DNA of 64,000 bases from Bilabrum cf. latius. Lineage: Eukaryota. Shown one piece after another: positions 12,622 to 23,934 of the stretch. The stretch's first letter is position 1; every line of letters starts with the position of its first letter. The translations under genes were made by a program, and so were the position numbers. The stretch is taken from assembly GCA_965178125.1 (NCBI GenBank), contig OZ237738.1, positions 1,240,001-1,304,000 on the forward strand, written 5' to 3'. The notes below the pieces were generated by a model. That model saw only the letters and a list, made by a program, of their open reading frames with translations, searched no databases and had not been told where the DNA came from.

Positions 12622-13263
12622 ATGGCGGGTGTTGATGATTATACCGAAGAACAACTACATTTACTGGCTAGTTAGCCACATCAGAGTTTGGGGAAAGACG
12701 CTAGACAAGCACTAGCAATTTTGAAAGGATTGAGGAAGCACTAGAGTATAGGGGAAAAGTACGCTAATCGTGTATATGTAAACCCTTAGGAAAGGGAAAT
12801 GATGGAAATGCTCGCCGAAAAGACCGAACAAGAATTTGATACGCTAGGAATTGACAAAGATAGTGATGGTGATTATGACGTGGGTATACTAAAATTCTTA
12901 TCACCATCACTACACGAGCAACACGACACAACACTTGATGATTTTAATTAGGCAATTCATAGAAAATATGCGTCAGAACGGAGAGATACTATGCGTGAAT
13001 TTTTTGATGCTAGAGAGAAGGGAAACAGTTAGAAAGAACTATTATCATCGAGATAGGCTAGAGTAATGCGAATGGGTGGTGAAGTGCCTGATTGGGGCTC
13101 GAGCGAAAGAGCGAAGTAGAGTTTTAAACCACAAAAAACTGGAAAAGGGAGGCGCCGTCGGAAAAACCCAAAAGCAAAACTAGCAATGAAAATCGCTCAG
13201 TAGTTAAGAGGTAGAGGATATGGGAAAAGTGATGCTCTAAAAATTGCTTGGTAGAATGTATGA
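12622..13263 (+). CDS. Hypothetical protein (213 aa) with basic ALKxAW C-terminus
   Basis: ATG to TGA with TAG read-through; C-terminus LRGRGYGKSDALKIAW. Confidence 0.6.
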
Positions 13264-13304
13264 CTTAAATCTAACTCTATAGTATAATACTATAGAATAC
13301 AAAA

Positions 13305-13577
13305 ATGACACTCAGTCATTCAGAAAGAAAAGAACAGGATAAGCTGTATGCCCGTGAATACTACCGGAAAAACAAGGAAAAACTTGGAGAATAGATAAAG
13401 TGTTCCTGTGGTGGTGTATATAAGAAGTACAATAAATCACATCATTGTAGAACCAAAAAACACCTTGATTGGCTTAAAAAAGAGGAAGACACAAAAAGGG
13501 AACAAATTAATATTATGGATGAACTTGATAGTTTGCGATAGGAAATTTAGAGACTAAAGGAAAAGCAGACTATTTAA
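13305..13577 (+). CDS. Small C2H2-type zinc-finger protein (90 aa)
   Basis: EYYRKNKEK...KCSCGG...KSHHCRTKKH; homologue at 33502-33804. Confidence 0.7.
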
Positions 13578-13633
13578 TTCAATCTTTTCTAAACACTTTT
13601 ATGCCGTTCCACCGGTAAACTGCGGTGCTTTGG

Positions 13634-15475
13634 TCAATCTTTTCTAAAAATTTTCTTCTTACTGTGAATAATTTGACATTCACCTGATTGCTCCAACTTC
13701 ATACCCCCAAGGTTCGTTGATAACTTTAGAGGTAATTCTTTCTCACTAATGAAACCATCCGTGTTGACATAGTGAATGTTTTCAAGATATGGCTCAATCA
13801 TTTTGGACAATTTACTTCGTCCAAGTCCAGTCAGAAAGGGGCCCATTCTTGCGTAGGCTGTTTTGTAATCGTACTCTTCGTCATATAGTATACCCGATAC
13901 AAGTCGTCCAGATGCTTTAGGATACGCGTTCTTTAATTGTCTAAAATTCATACAATCACCATCTCGGAGTGTTTTTGTGATTGTGTTTTTCTAACATAGA
14001 GAACCCCAAATATTATTTAGTATCTCCTTCGCACACTTCAATCCCTATTTTTTATAACCGTACAATCGCTCAATCATCGTTTTGAACAGTCCATTTGCCT
14101 TCACCCTTGTTGTCTCATCGTAAAGTAAAGCGTTGGCTTCACCGTCTTCAATCAGAGACACCTAAGCGCCCGTCTCAATCGCTCGGTTAATGTCATATTG
14201 GGTATAATAATTGTTTTTTCTTTTTTGTACTAATTTAGAATTGAGATTTTCAATATGTACCCTAAAAATGCCGTACGGATAGAACCCACTGGATGGTACT
14301 TTAAATTGTACGAACTTACCCCTTCTAACCGGAAATGTAAATGTACCCTTCATAATACTTGGATAAAATGAGTTAATATCGTACTGGTATGCGTTTTTTA
14401 ATGTAGTATTCTTGTTTGCCCAATTCAATCCACCACCCGAGGCTTTAGAAATCCATAGTGCTTCAACTTGGTCAATCGGGTCGGCAGGGTAAAGTTTGGA
14501 AAACTTACTGAAATACGACTTTACAAATAGGGATGTTCTAAACATAAATCGTGATAAATCCATATATCCACCCGTCTCCTTCGCTAATGCCCTTACATTT
14601 TTCATCCGTTCTTCGTGTTTTGTTCTTAGTTCTTCCTTGGACTTGACTTCAAAGATGAATTTATCCTTGGAAACTGATGTAATGCCTTCTGATTGATACT
14701 CACGGTCTCCATCAAATAGTAAATAAGAATTCTCGGATTGATACAAGCGGGTAATTAGCGTACACGGTTCTTTAGACGGCGGTGTAAATAATTCTTTCTA
14801 ACTAATGGGGGGAACATACTTGTAATGCCCATTTGTTAATGAAACAGTTAGAAGACGGTCAAAATGAGTTTTTCCAGATGTGTATTCAAAGTCGCCTACA
14901 ACATGAATGCGTACTTGAAGTTCGTCTTCTATCTCTGGTATTCTTCTGTAATCAACGGGGTCATCACGTCCAATTTTCAAGAGTTCTTTGAGGTCGGACT
15001 TCGACAATCTTTTAATAGTAGTTTTCCATTTGCCTTTTGCGCTCTTTACATTTACCTTACGACCAACTGAAAAAGGAAAAGCCTGTTTTATAGCGTTATA
15101 TAAACAATCGTTATGTTCGTCAGCACCGCCTTCTGGTTCTGGCTTTCTAATAAGCAGTAGTTCAAAAGAATTCAATTTTCTATATTCGTCGTCATCGTCG
15201 TCTTCGTAGCCCGCCCATAAACTATCTTGATTTTCTAAATCATCTGTAGTAATCCAAGTGCTTCGTGTTCGCCAACCTGTATCTTGGTAATTGATATTCA
15301 CCTTAAATTTAAAGTCATCAAACGGATTTTCACCACCATCGTCGTAATCACGAATAAATTCCAAGACATTTTTTACGGTGATAAGGTCCTCGCTCTCAAA
15401 TCGCATACTCCATATTGGTTTCCCATTAAGACGCAATTTGGTTCTTTGGGGTTCCGTAAAATCGATTTCGGGCAT
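13634..15475 (-). CDS. Protein-primed family B DNA polymerase, inner virophage (613 aa)
   Basis: Three track ORFs in one frame split only by TAG; YDINSFYPS, KEILNNIWG and VNTDG motifs. Confidence 0.92.
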
Positions 15476-15494
15476 TCTATAGTATCTATTATAT

Positions 15495-15526
15495 TATAGA
15501 ATACGATAATTATTCTTAAGGTACGA
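15495..15526 (-). promoter_or_regulatory. Conserved 32-bp upstream motif (copy before pPolB)
   Basis: TCGTACCTTAAG-N9-CGTAKTCTATA on the sense strand; same spacing at 17209-17240 and 18627-18658. Confidence 0.7.
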
Positions 15527-15532
15527 ACTCAC

Positions 15533-17194
15533 TCACTTCTCAATTTTACAGAGGAATTTGGAAAGTTTTCCTTTTTTGTTCTTTGGTGGGTTCTCTTTTA
15601 TCCATTTTTGAATAGCGATGCTATTCTCAACACTCAGCTGTTTCTGGATTTTCTTATGGACTTGTTCCGTCGGTGTAATCTCCTTTTCTAATTCCAACTA
15701 TTCAATCGTTTCCTACTGCTATGCGACTTGTTTCTGTAGTTCTCTAATCTACTCTCGAAGAACATCTACCTCGGATTTTGCTTTTTCCATCTCAGCAGAA
15801 TGACGAAGTGCCTAAAATTTAGATTGGAAGCCTTTTAGTAAGTCTGCGTGTTTCACATTAAATTCTTGTTTTCTCTATTTGTTCATCGTTGAATGAACAC
15901 CTACCTCTGACAATAGTGTTTTAATCATAGGTGTACCAAGGTTCTTCACTCTACCGTTCAGTTCCTGCTTTAGATAATTGCGGAATTCCAAGACTGTCAT
16001 TTTAAAATCTCTGCCTTCGTCCAGCCACTCTTCTTTTAGAATTTTTAAAACCGGATGTGCGCCATCAAGAATTCCTTTGTAAAAATTCTTTGATTTTGGT
16101 GCGAATTGTCCTGTAAAGTCTGGTGATGTATCATAGATTTCAACCAATAACATATAAAATGCCTTAGCCACTTCTGGATTTTCTGTAAAACGTTTTAGTG
16201 TTGTAAAGTATTCTTTGTCTCCTTTCTTAGATGTATTCACATCCAAAACACAATATCTACGGATTTCCTCGGTGATTTTGATTGGACTATCATTCGTATC
16301 AATAATTAAATTGAATGTATTCGGACGACTTTCGGATTTGACAAACTTCTCATTACAGGAAAAGTGTTTTTCCGTAATAAGATTTCTTAGTGTTGCCTAC
16401 ATGGCGTCCCAAATAGTTGGCGAGGCTTTTGGAATTTCATTAAAATTGACTAATAGTTTCCCGTCCAGAATTGAGTTGAAGGCGTCGGGTTGAAGCATCT
16501 TGTGTGTAAGCGTCTATAGTGTGAGGGTATATCCGAGTAGTTTTCTCATAAGGAAGGTAATAATCATCGATTTACCAGTTCCTTGTGGAGATTTCAAATA
16601 TAGTGCTGTACCCAACTTCTTTCCGCCCACAATAACGTGAGCCAACCACTTCATCACAAAATCACACTATTCTTTGTCTTCTGAAGTCCACACCTTCTGG
16701 ATATGTTCGTAAATCATAGTCGCGCCTGCTTTTGCGTCTTCGGTTAAATCCTCTATGTTTCCACAGTTTTCCCGTGTAAGTATAGGTGAACCCATAACGT
16801 TAATTGTTTGATTGTCGTAATCAACGGTAGGTGAATTGAATTTTCTTACAATCGTAAATACGTCGGTATTCTCATTTAAGAACCAGTCTCGTGCTGACCA
16901 AGTCTTTACTCTTTTGTTGCCCACAATCGCGTAAATACAGTGTCCCCCAATCAGGTAATTTTCAGTAATATTTTTATTCGTAAGGAACTACCAGACTGGT
17001 TTCTGGGGTTCGTCATCACTTATGTTATTCCGATTTAATTCAGATGCTATTAGAAAATACACCCCGCCACCTTGTTCGTGGGTGCGGTAGAAGTATTGTT
17101 TAAGGTATTGAATACATTCCTCTTGTTTTCCGGCATTACATAGGTCCATAAGGCTTTTTGACGAATACGCTTTAGTCGGCAGAGTGAATGACAT
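15533..17194 (-). CDS. Superfamily 3 (D5-like) helicase (553 aa)
   Basis: LYLKSPQGTGKS Walker A, LVNFNE Walker B, RRYCVLD; C-terminal coiled coil; TAG read-through; ends TGA. Confidence 0.85.
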
Positions 17195-17208
17195 TTTTGT
17201 TGTTGTAC

Positions 17209-17240
17209 TATAGAATACGAAAATAATCCTTAAGGTACGA
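17209..17240 (-). promoter_or_regulatory. Conserved 32-bp upstream motif (copy before helicase)
   Basis: Same motif, 14 bp upstream of ATG 17194. Confidence 0.7.
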
Positions 17241-17251
17241 TACGGGGCATC

Positions 17252-18307
17252 TCAATTTTCTATATCCCACTCCAAAATTAAATTAGGAGCAATTTCTTGG
17301 ATTTTATTCTTTGGTTCCCACGTCCAATGTTCTGGTTCTGGAAAATCTTTCCATTCTATTTGATATTCTGTTTCGTTCTCGGATTTTATTTTTTTTGGGA
17401 GAAAGATTGTCTGAGCATCTCGGTTATTGTCCTCATTATCAAAGTCGATAATCTGTAATTCCTCTTTTGGATAAGCCACTAAATCATCCTAATCCACAAC
17501 ATATAAGGGTGGTTGTCTCGGTCTTAATAATACTTTAGTTATCGTTTTGATTTCTGGATTATAGCGTAAATCTGAAGCACGAAAATTTCCGGATAATTTT
17601 TGCTGTAAATTTGTAGCCTTTCTGGGTTCTTCTAATGGTATACGAACTCTTGTACCCTCTTCCAATATATTACAAGCGTCTCCTTTACACTACGTAAAGT
17701 CGAAGTGTTCTGGGGGTAAAGGTGGTTCTTCTATATACTTTTCTAGTTGATATTCATTATAGTTTTCAATGATGTTTGGAAGCATATCCACCCATTCTAC
17801 GCTTTCATTACCTGTATTTAACTCATTAACGTTCTATAGGGTAAATATGGCTTTTCCCAACGTTTTATTTAGGTTTTCCACTAATGCCTGTTGTCGGTGG
17901 CGACCTGCTTTATTTCTTCGTACAAATACATCGGTCTCTTCTAAATATCTTTGTAAAGCGTTAAATTCTTTTCCATTATCTATTTCCAAACGGTGCTGCG
18001 GTTTCTGGACATTACCACGATTGAAAATCTTTTTTGATGCCTTTAATACTTCGTTCTAACGCTTGGTTTTGAGCGGTTCAGCATCGGCCTACTTTGTATG
18101 TAAATCAATAGCAGTTAATGCGTATTTATAATTATTGTCGTGGGGTAATGATAATAAATCCATTTGTACCACTTGGTGAGGTTCTGGTACATTTACGTGG
18201 GGTCGATTTACTCCTTTGGGTCGTTTTGGTCGTTTCATTAAATTTACAATACGACTGTTGGGATAAATGTTTAGGGATTGTAATATTCTTTCAAAGGCGC
18301 TACTCAT
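17252..18307 (-). CDS. Retroviral-type (rve) integrase with C-terminal chromodomain (351 aa)
   Basis: QMDLL, AIDLHTK, IDNGKEF, QALVENLNKTL (DDE triad); EYQIEWKDFPEPEHWTWEP chromodomain; consistent with the 5-bp TSD. Confidence 0.93.
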
Positions 18308-18372
18308 TTGCTATATAGTTGTATCATTCTCCTTACTTTTGTAAAGTAGGGAAAATAATTCTTGGGAAAAAA

Positions 18373-18612
18373 TCATTTGGTTTTGGTACTTTCGTGCCAT
18401 TCAACTACAATTTGACTTAAATCTTTAGCTTCCTCAAAGTCAGCAAGCAGGTCATCGTCATCATCATAATTAATCCAAATAATAGTCTTTGTAAATTCAA
18501 GGTACTTTTTGGCCATATCGTATGCTTCTCGTGTTGTAATAAACGGGACTGATTTAAGACATTCTTTGGTCGCCAAGATGTAATTCTCGAGTTCCTTTTG
18601 TGATTTTGCCAT
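18373..18612 (-). CDS. Hypothetical protein (79 aa)
   Basis: Clean ATG-TGA ORF preceded by the conserved 32-bp upstream motif. Confidence 0.6.
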   Translation of the reverse strand: MAKSQKELENYILATKECLKSVPFITTREAYDMAKKYLEFTKTIIWINYDDDDDLLADFEEAKDLSQIVVEWHESTKTK

Positions 18613-18626
18613 TTATGTGGTTGTAC

Positions 18627-18658
18627 TATAGACTACGTAAGTTATGCTTAAGGTACGA
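18627..18658 (-). promoter_or_regulatory. Conserved 32-bp upstream motif (copy before ORF 18612)
   Basis: Same motif, 14 bp upstream of ATG 18612. Confidence 0.7.
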
Positions 18659-18675
18659 CATTTCCACTTTAGGCA

Positions 18676-19606
18676 ATCAATTTTTGTGTTTTTAATTGGA
18701 AAACAATTATAATTTGTTTTTTATTTTCCTTTTAATTTTTATGGTGGCATCATAGGAATTACAACATTTAATTTTAATAGGGAACTTAATTTATTTTTTC
18801 TAAGTCTCTTATAATTGACCTGTAAAATTGACAAGTTTTTTGGGGACTTTTCGAAAGGGACTTAAAATACGTTTTCGTTTTCCTTTTAATTTTTATGGTG
18901 GCATCATAGGAATTACAACATTTAATTTTAATTGGAAAATATATTTATTCTTTCTAAGTCTCTTAAAATTGACCTGTAAAATCTCTCAATTTTTGGGGGA
19001 CTTTTCCAAAGGGACTTAAAATACGTTTTCGTTTTCCTTATAATGTATCATCTCTTGGGTAATCGGTTTGGTTGCTTCGGAGAACAATTTAGTCGCTTGG
19101 GAAATCCTTGGGAAATCCTTGGGAAATCCTTGGTCGGTTCATCGGTCGGTTCATCGGTCGGTTTATCGGTTTGTCGCTTGGGAACATACCTCGGTCTCTT
19201 GATAAAATACCTTGTTCTCTTGGGGAAATCCTCGGTTGGTCTCTTGGTCTCTTGGGAATTCATCCTTCCGTTCCTACAGCAAACACAGAGATATTTTGGA
19301 CACTTGGTTAATTTCTTCATTTTTTCCTACTTTACTAAAACATCTCTGTCTTTGCTGTTAGAGTTTATAAGGGGGTTAAATATTAGAATTCTTCAATTTA
19401 CCCCTACTTCGTAGGAGTAAATTTTATATCTGAAAATGGGTACATAGAGGGGTTCTATAGGGGTTCTTGGGGAACCCCCTGTGAAATCATTTAGGTTTAT
19501 AGGGGAAACACTTGAGTTGCTAAATATGCCTTTAAAGGAGGGGCGAGCGTAGCGTAGCCCTCGTCCTAAACGCTTGGTGTACCTACCACCACCTGTTGTC
19601 CCCCCC
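18676..19606 (-). repeat. Right terminal inverted repeat of inner virophage
   Basis: Mirror of the left TIR with only 3 copies of the 11-mer and lacking a ~45-bp inner segment. Confidence 0.92.
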
Positions 19607-20352
19607 GAAACCTTATCCACAATCTCACCCGTTGGACGCCCTGACACTGTTGGTGATTATCGTGAAGTAAGTGATACCCTTAAAAATCCTTTAGCTTGGG
19701 GTTAGGATGTTGGATATAGTGCCGGTGATAGCTTTAGTTATCGTGGAGCATATGGGAATGCTTTTACGACTGTAAGTGCTGATTTCGTTGCGGGTAATAG
19801 AGACCAAATTGATTGGACTATTGATTTTCAAGAAGCTATACCACTAAAAGGAGCAGATGTTGATGTGAATGCTAAATATTTCACCGGTGTGAGAAGCCTT
19901 CAGGTTGATTTAGATTATCACGTAAATGCCATTCAAAGACTGTGTAAGGCTAGTTTTACAAAAGATAACGGAGATATTAACAAAATAACGGGTTAGTCAA
20001 TTATAGGAGAAACAAATACGACCCTTCTTGTTGATGAAGTTGAATTTTAGAGTGGATACGCCCCCCCGACTCGTTGTATGTATAATATGCCTACAATTAA
20101 ATTTTAGTCTTAGGCGCCTGTCCCTGTACCTAAATCCGCAACTGAAAATTCTTTAACTTCTTTTGATTATCAATTATCCCGTGAGAATGGTATCCCTAGT
20201 GCTATTATGGTATGTGCCCGCCTTGTTGGTTGTGATGATAACCCTAACTGGGCTAATAGAACTTTACCAATTAGAAGAATAGGTTTCTCACTCAATGGAA
20301 GCGCTGAGGAATTAGGGGCTGTAGATAATCCACACGAATTTTATAAAAAAAA

Positions 20353-21025
20353 CAGGACGTCCCTGCGCCCGTCCCGCGCCCTCTCCCCCCCACGAGGGAC
20401 AGTCCGCCCCGAATCGACTGGTTCTCCTCAGTCGCGTCTCGCGCATGCTATACCACACTCGCCACAAATGTACACGCTACCCCAATCCTTGCATCGTCTG
20501 CGCCTCCAGGCTCGCTCCGATGCCTCCCCTTCTAGTCCTGCCCCATTCTGATCTGCTGTCTCCCTACGCACCCGTACGTCTCAGCCTTCGCCAGAAATCC
20601 TACTGCCTTGTGGTCTGGCCCCACTCGGCTGCCTCCGCTGCCCCTCCCTCCCCATGGGCCTCCACGCTCCCGAGCCCTACTGGCTTGCTCGGGCCTGTCC
20701 GTGCCCCTTCGTCGTCCCCGCCACGCGTCTGGTTAACCGCGCTCGGGGCATCCCGATCCTCCCCTTTCCTCCGTTCATCTTGGAATCCCCCTCTCCGTCG
20801 CCTCCCCCGGTGCCACCCGACCCCTTGGTGGGCCGCCGCCCGTCCACCCTGTCACCTCCGCCAAGCTCCCCCGTCTGCTCCTGTCCCCCTCTCACCTGGC
20901 CCCCTCGCTGTCACCTCCCGCCGTTGTTGTCCTCCACCTGCACGTGCGCTGCTGCTGTACCCTCCCCGTCGGAGCCCCCATCGCTGTCTCACAGCCCTCA
21001 ATCCCAATGTCTGATGACACAGATA
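20353..21025. mobile_element. Unclassified ~670-bp GC-rich, C-skewed insertion in outer MCP
   Basis: Sharp composition change, inserted in an A-run; MCP frame resumes after it. No TIR, LTR or credible ORF recognised. Confidence 0.7.
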
Positions 21026-21778
21026 AAGTAGAAAGAACGGATATGCTCTTCCTCCTTCATCCTTTTATGGTTCATCAATTGATGGAAGTGATGGAAACCG
21101 CGGTACTGGTTGCTATATGATTTTAAAACCTTCAGATGTTGCTACACTTGCTGGTGTTCAATCTAATGTAAATACTGGATTTAATCTTAAAGTTAATCTT
21201 TAGTGCTTCAACCCTTATAATAAATATGCGGATGGTGCGTATGAGGATAAATACGAGGTAAAAGTATGGATGTTTTATGATAATGTTCTTGTGAATGATA
21301 ACGGTGTCTATACTGAGGCTGGCGCCCTTATTGAGCCTTCTAAAGTGCTTTCTGAACTTGCTAAACGTGGTGATGCTGAAAGTGGTTCTAAAGGTTTCTA
21401 GCCTGTATTTGAGGATTTAGATAATTATGCTAATGTTATGGGTGGAAAAGGTCGTTTCTGGTCTAAGATTGGACGAGCCTTTAAACACGGATGGAACAAG
21501 GTTAAAGATTGGGCAAAAAGTGATTAGGCTAAAAACCTAGCGAAAACCATTAGGAATATAGGACCACTCAAAAGTCTAACAGGAGACAATAGTGCTCTTG
21601 GCAAAGCGGCGGCACATTATGGATATGGAAATAGTGGAGGAGAATTGAATAAACTTGGTGGAAAACTTACGATGCGTGGAGGTGCGGCAATGAAAACAGA
21701 CGATCTTGAGGCCCTTTTAAGCACATCTTAAACGTTTAAAATGACTTAAATATATATTAACTAACTAATATATATCAA

Positions 21779-22069
21779 ATGGAAAAGTTAAATAAAATTA
21801 TTGAGAATCTACCGCCTACACACGATGTCTATATCCAGACAGAAATTGATGGAGTTTTGACCGTAATTTTTACAAACAGTGATTAGGTAAAAGAAATCAC
21901 CAATCAATTAAAAAAAGACAGTAGAGAGAAGCTATTATATCTCAAATATTCAACCTATAAATGTATTATTTAGACGAGGAATAAGTATAGAGATGATGAC
22001 ATTGTACTTCATTATTTGGCTGTTTGTCTATTAGAAAAGAAACCCATTCAATTATATAAGGCAAGATAA
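21779..22069 (+). CDS. Hypothetical protein (96 aa)
   Basis: ATG-TAA with TAG read-through; preceded by the GTTTAAAATGACTTAAA motif. Confidence 0.55.
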
Positions 22070-22120
22070 TCATTTTATTATTTATTTATACATATTAAAT
22101 AAATATATGACCTGTGAATG

Positions 22121-22233
22121 ATACTTTCCAAAGTAGGTTCATACTTTCCGAAGTTGGTTCACACTTTTCAAAGTAGGTTCATACTTTCCGAAGTTGGTTC
22201 ATACTTTTCAAAGTAGGTTCATACTTTCCAAAG
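22121..22233 (+). repeat. 20-bp tandem array, ~5.6 units
   Basis: Alternating ATACTTTYCAAAGTAGGTTC and ATACTTTCCGAAGTTGGTTC units. Confidence 0.9.
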
Positions 22234-22385
22234 AACTATTTAACCGGTCTAATTAATTAATATTTTAATAATATTAATTAATATAATCATCTATATCAAT
22301 AGTGTCTATTTTTTAAGCCCCTTTTTTATAATATAACGCGTTTAAAATGACTTAAAGATTATATTATATAGATATTATATAGAGA

Positions 22386-22936
22386 ATGTGTAAAAAGTGT
22401 ATTGAACAAATATAGGAACATACCGGTAATATAAAATGGATGGACATTTAGAAGAAATTAATTCATATTGGCTCAACCGTTATTCAAGGTGATAAATTGG
22501 GTAATTGTATTTGTGGGCACGAGATACGAACCGAGCACGAAATAGAGCATACCCCTAGTGGATATGTTTTTAAAGTGGGTTCTAGTTGTATAAGTAGATG
22601 ATAAAGGATAAAGAAAATCAAATTCGTAAAAAATGTTTATATAAGTGGTGTGGAATATGTAAAAAGGATGTCGCAAGAGACCGATATAATAAGCACTGTG
22701 AAGGAATAAGACATATTGAGTTAGAAAAGAAATAGAATAAGTTAGAGGAAAAAAAGAGGAATGAAAAAAGATGTGATGTGTGTCTTTGTAAAATGCTTAG
22801 AAGTGATTGGAGGACAACCTGTAAGTCTTGTTATACGATTACAAAATATGGTAAAAAGGCGTGTAAAAAATGCGGAGTGTCTAGAATTAAAGATATGAAA
22901 TATTCAATTTGTTATAAATGTCATATTGGTAAATAA
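22386..22936 (+). pseudogene. Cys-rich Zn-binding protein with probable frameshift near 22595
   Basis: CICGH...VGSSCI, then an in-frame TGA; several CxxC pairs continue in another frame. Confidence 0.5.
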
Positions 22937-23258
22937 TAATTAGATATTAATGATAAAATTAATATTTAACATATTGATGATGGGAGTTAGAAGGGGCTAT
23001 ATTACAACCTTCTAAAGTGATGGAACTTTTGGGCTAGAAATACGTTATCAATCAAATCATCTTCATAAAACTAATCCATCCACGTTTTGCTAAATAATAC
23101 ATATACTAATACGCAATTTGTGGATATAGCCATCGTATGGATTTTATAATAGAGATAACCATATATATTTTAATATTCTAGCCCTTTTATTAGATGGTCA
23201 AGGTGTTCAATTATTAATAAAGATATCATATTTAATATTAGTATAAATATTAAATTAT

Positions 23259-23804
23259 TTAGAAATCTTTTAATGCTTCTTGAAGTTGCTCTCTAAAGGC
23301 TTCTTCATCATCATCTTCATCATCTGGTTTCTCAACATTTCTATTATTATCACGTTTTTGTTTCTTCTTATTCCTCTTCTTAGTCTTTTTCTTGGGTCTT
23401 CTTGGTTCTTCTTCTTCTTCTGGTTCCTCTACTTCCTCGGGTATAAATTGACCGTATGACAAATTAATATATTTGATGGCTTTGTCCTTCTTTTTAATTG
23501 TCATTATGGGGTCTTTACTCTCAAAATTTCCTGTATAATAAATCGGGGGCTCACTGGAAAACATATAAATGTATGGAACAAATGGATTTTTGGCGCTGTC
23601 GGTCTTCATATCAGGGGTTAGATACAAACCATTTAATTCGTCTTCATCCACTAGTTCAAATTTATCTTCTACGGTATTATTAAAAAATATCCCTTTAAAA
23701 GTTTTAAAGAAGAATTGATTAATATATTTCTTGGCTTTCTTTACGGCTCCCTCTTCTAAAAGTTCCATTAATTCGCTTGGTTCATAACTCTCAAATTTTG
23801 ACAT
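23259..23804 (-). CDS. Hypothetical protein (181 aa), acidic/basic tail
   Basis: Clean ORF with the upstream motif at ~23833-23850. N-terminus (AKKYINQFFFKT..GIFF) resembles the inner helicase N-terminus (CIQYLKQYFYRT..GVYF). Confidence 0.7.
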   Translation of the reverse strand: MSKFESYEPSELMELLEEGAVKKAKKYINQFFFKTFKGIFFNNTVEDKFELVDEDELNGLYLTPDMKTDSAKNPFVPYIYMFSSEPPIYYTGNFESKDPIMTIKKKDKAIKYINLSYGQFIPEEVEEPEEEEEPRRPKKKTKKRNKKKQKRDNNRNVEKPDDEDDDEEAFREQLQEALKDF

Positions 23805-23934
23805 TCTATATATATTATAATAAAATAAAATCTTTAAGTCATTTTAAACGCGTGTATTTGGCTTAAAAATAAAATATCGTTTTCGCATTTCTTGATACTT
23901 AAACACAAGATAACATATAATAATATATACGGAA

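Larger units (their letters stand above)
2361..19606. mobile_element. Inner, apparently complete endogenous virophage (mavirus-like, rve-integrase type), 17,246 bp
   Basis: Termini GGGGGGGACA...TGTCCCCCCC, ~1-kb TIRs, 5-bp TSD GAAAC (2356-2360, 19607-19611). Full core set PRO, ATPase, penton, MCP plus pPolB, helicase and integrase. Confidence 0.95.
1915..21731 (+). pseudogene. Major capsid protein of outer virophage, split into 1915-2360, 19612-~20352 and ~21026-21731
   Basis: Removing 2361-19611 restores the frame (MNSEET-LSTISPVGRPD). Removing the GC insert restores ..HEFYK(K)SRKNGY.. Gly-rich tail with GG motifs; ends TAA 21731. Confidence 0.85.

Noticed and set aside
2361-19606. Classification as Polinton/Maverick or Polinton-like virus
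   Set aside because: MCP, penton and ATPase motifs look virophage-type, and the 5-bp TSD and G7 termini differ from typical Polinton AG-repeat ends with 6-bp TSD. HMM confirmation is still needed.
22121-22233. Possible CRISPR array
   Set aside because: Contiguous tandem units without unique spacers; no cas genes.
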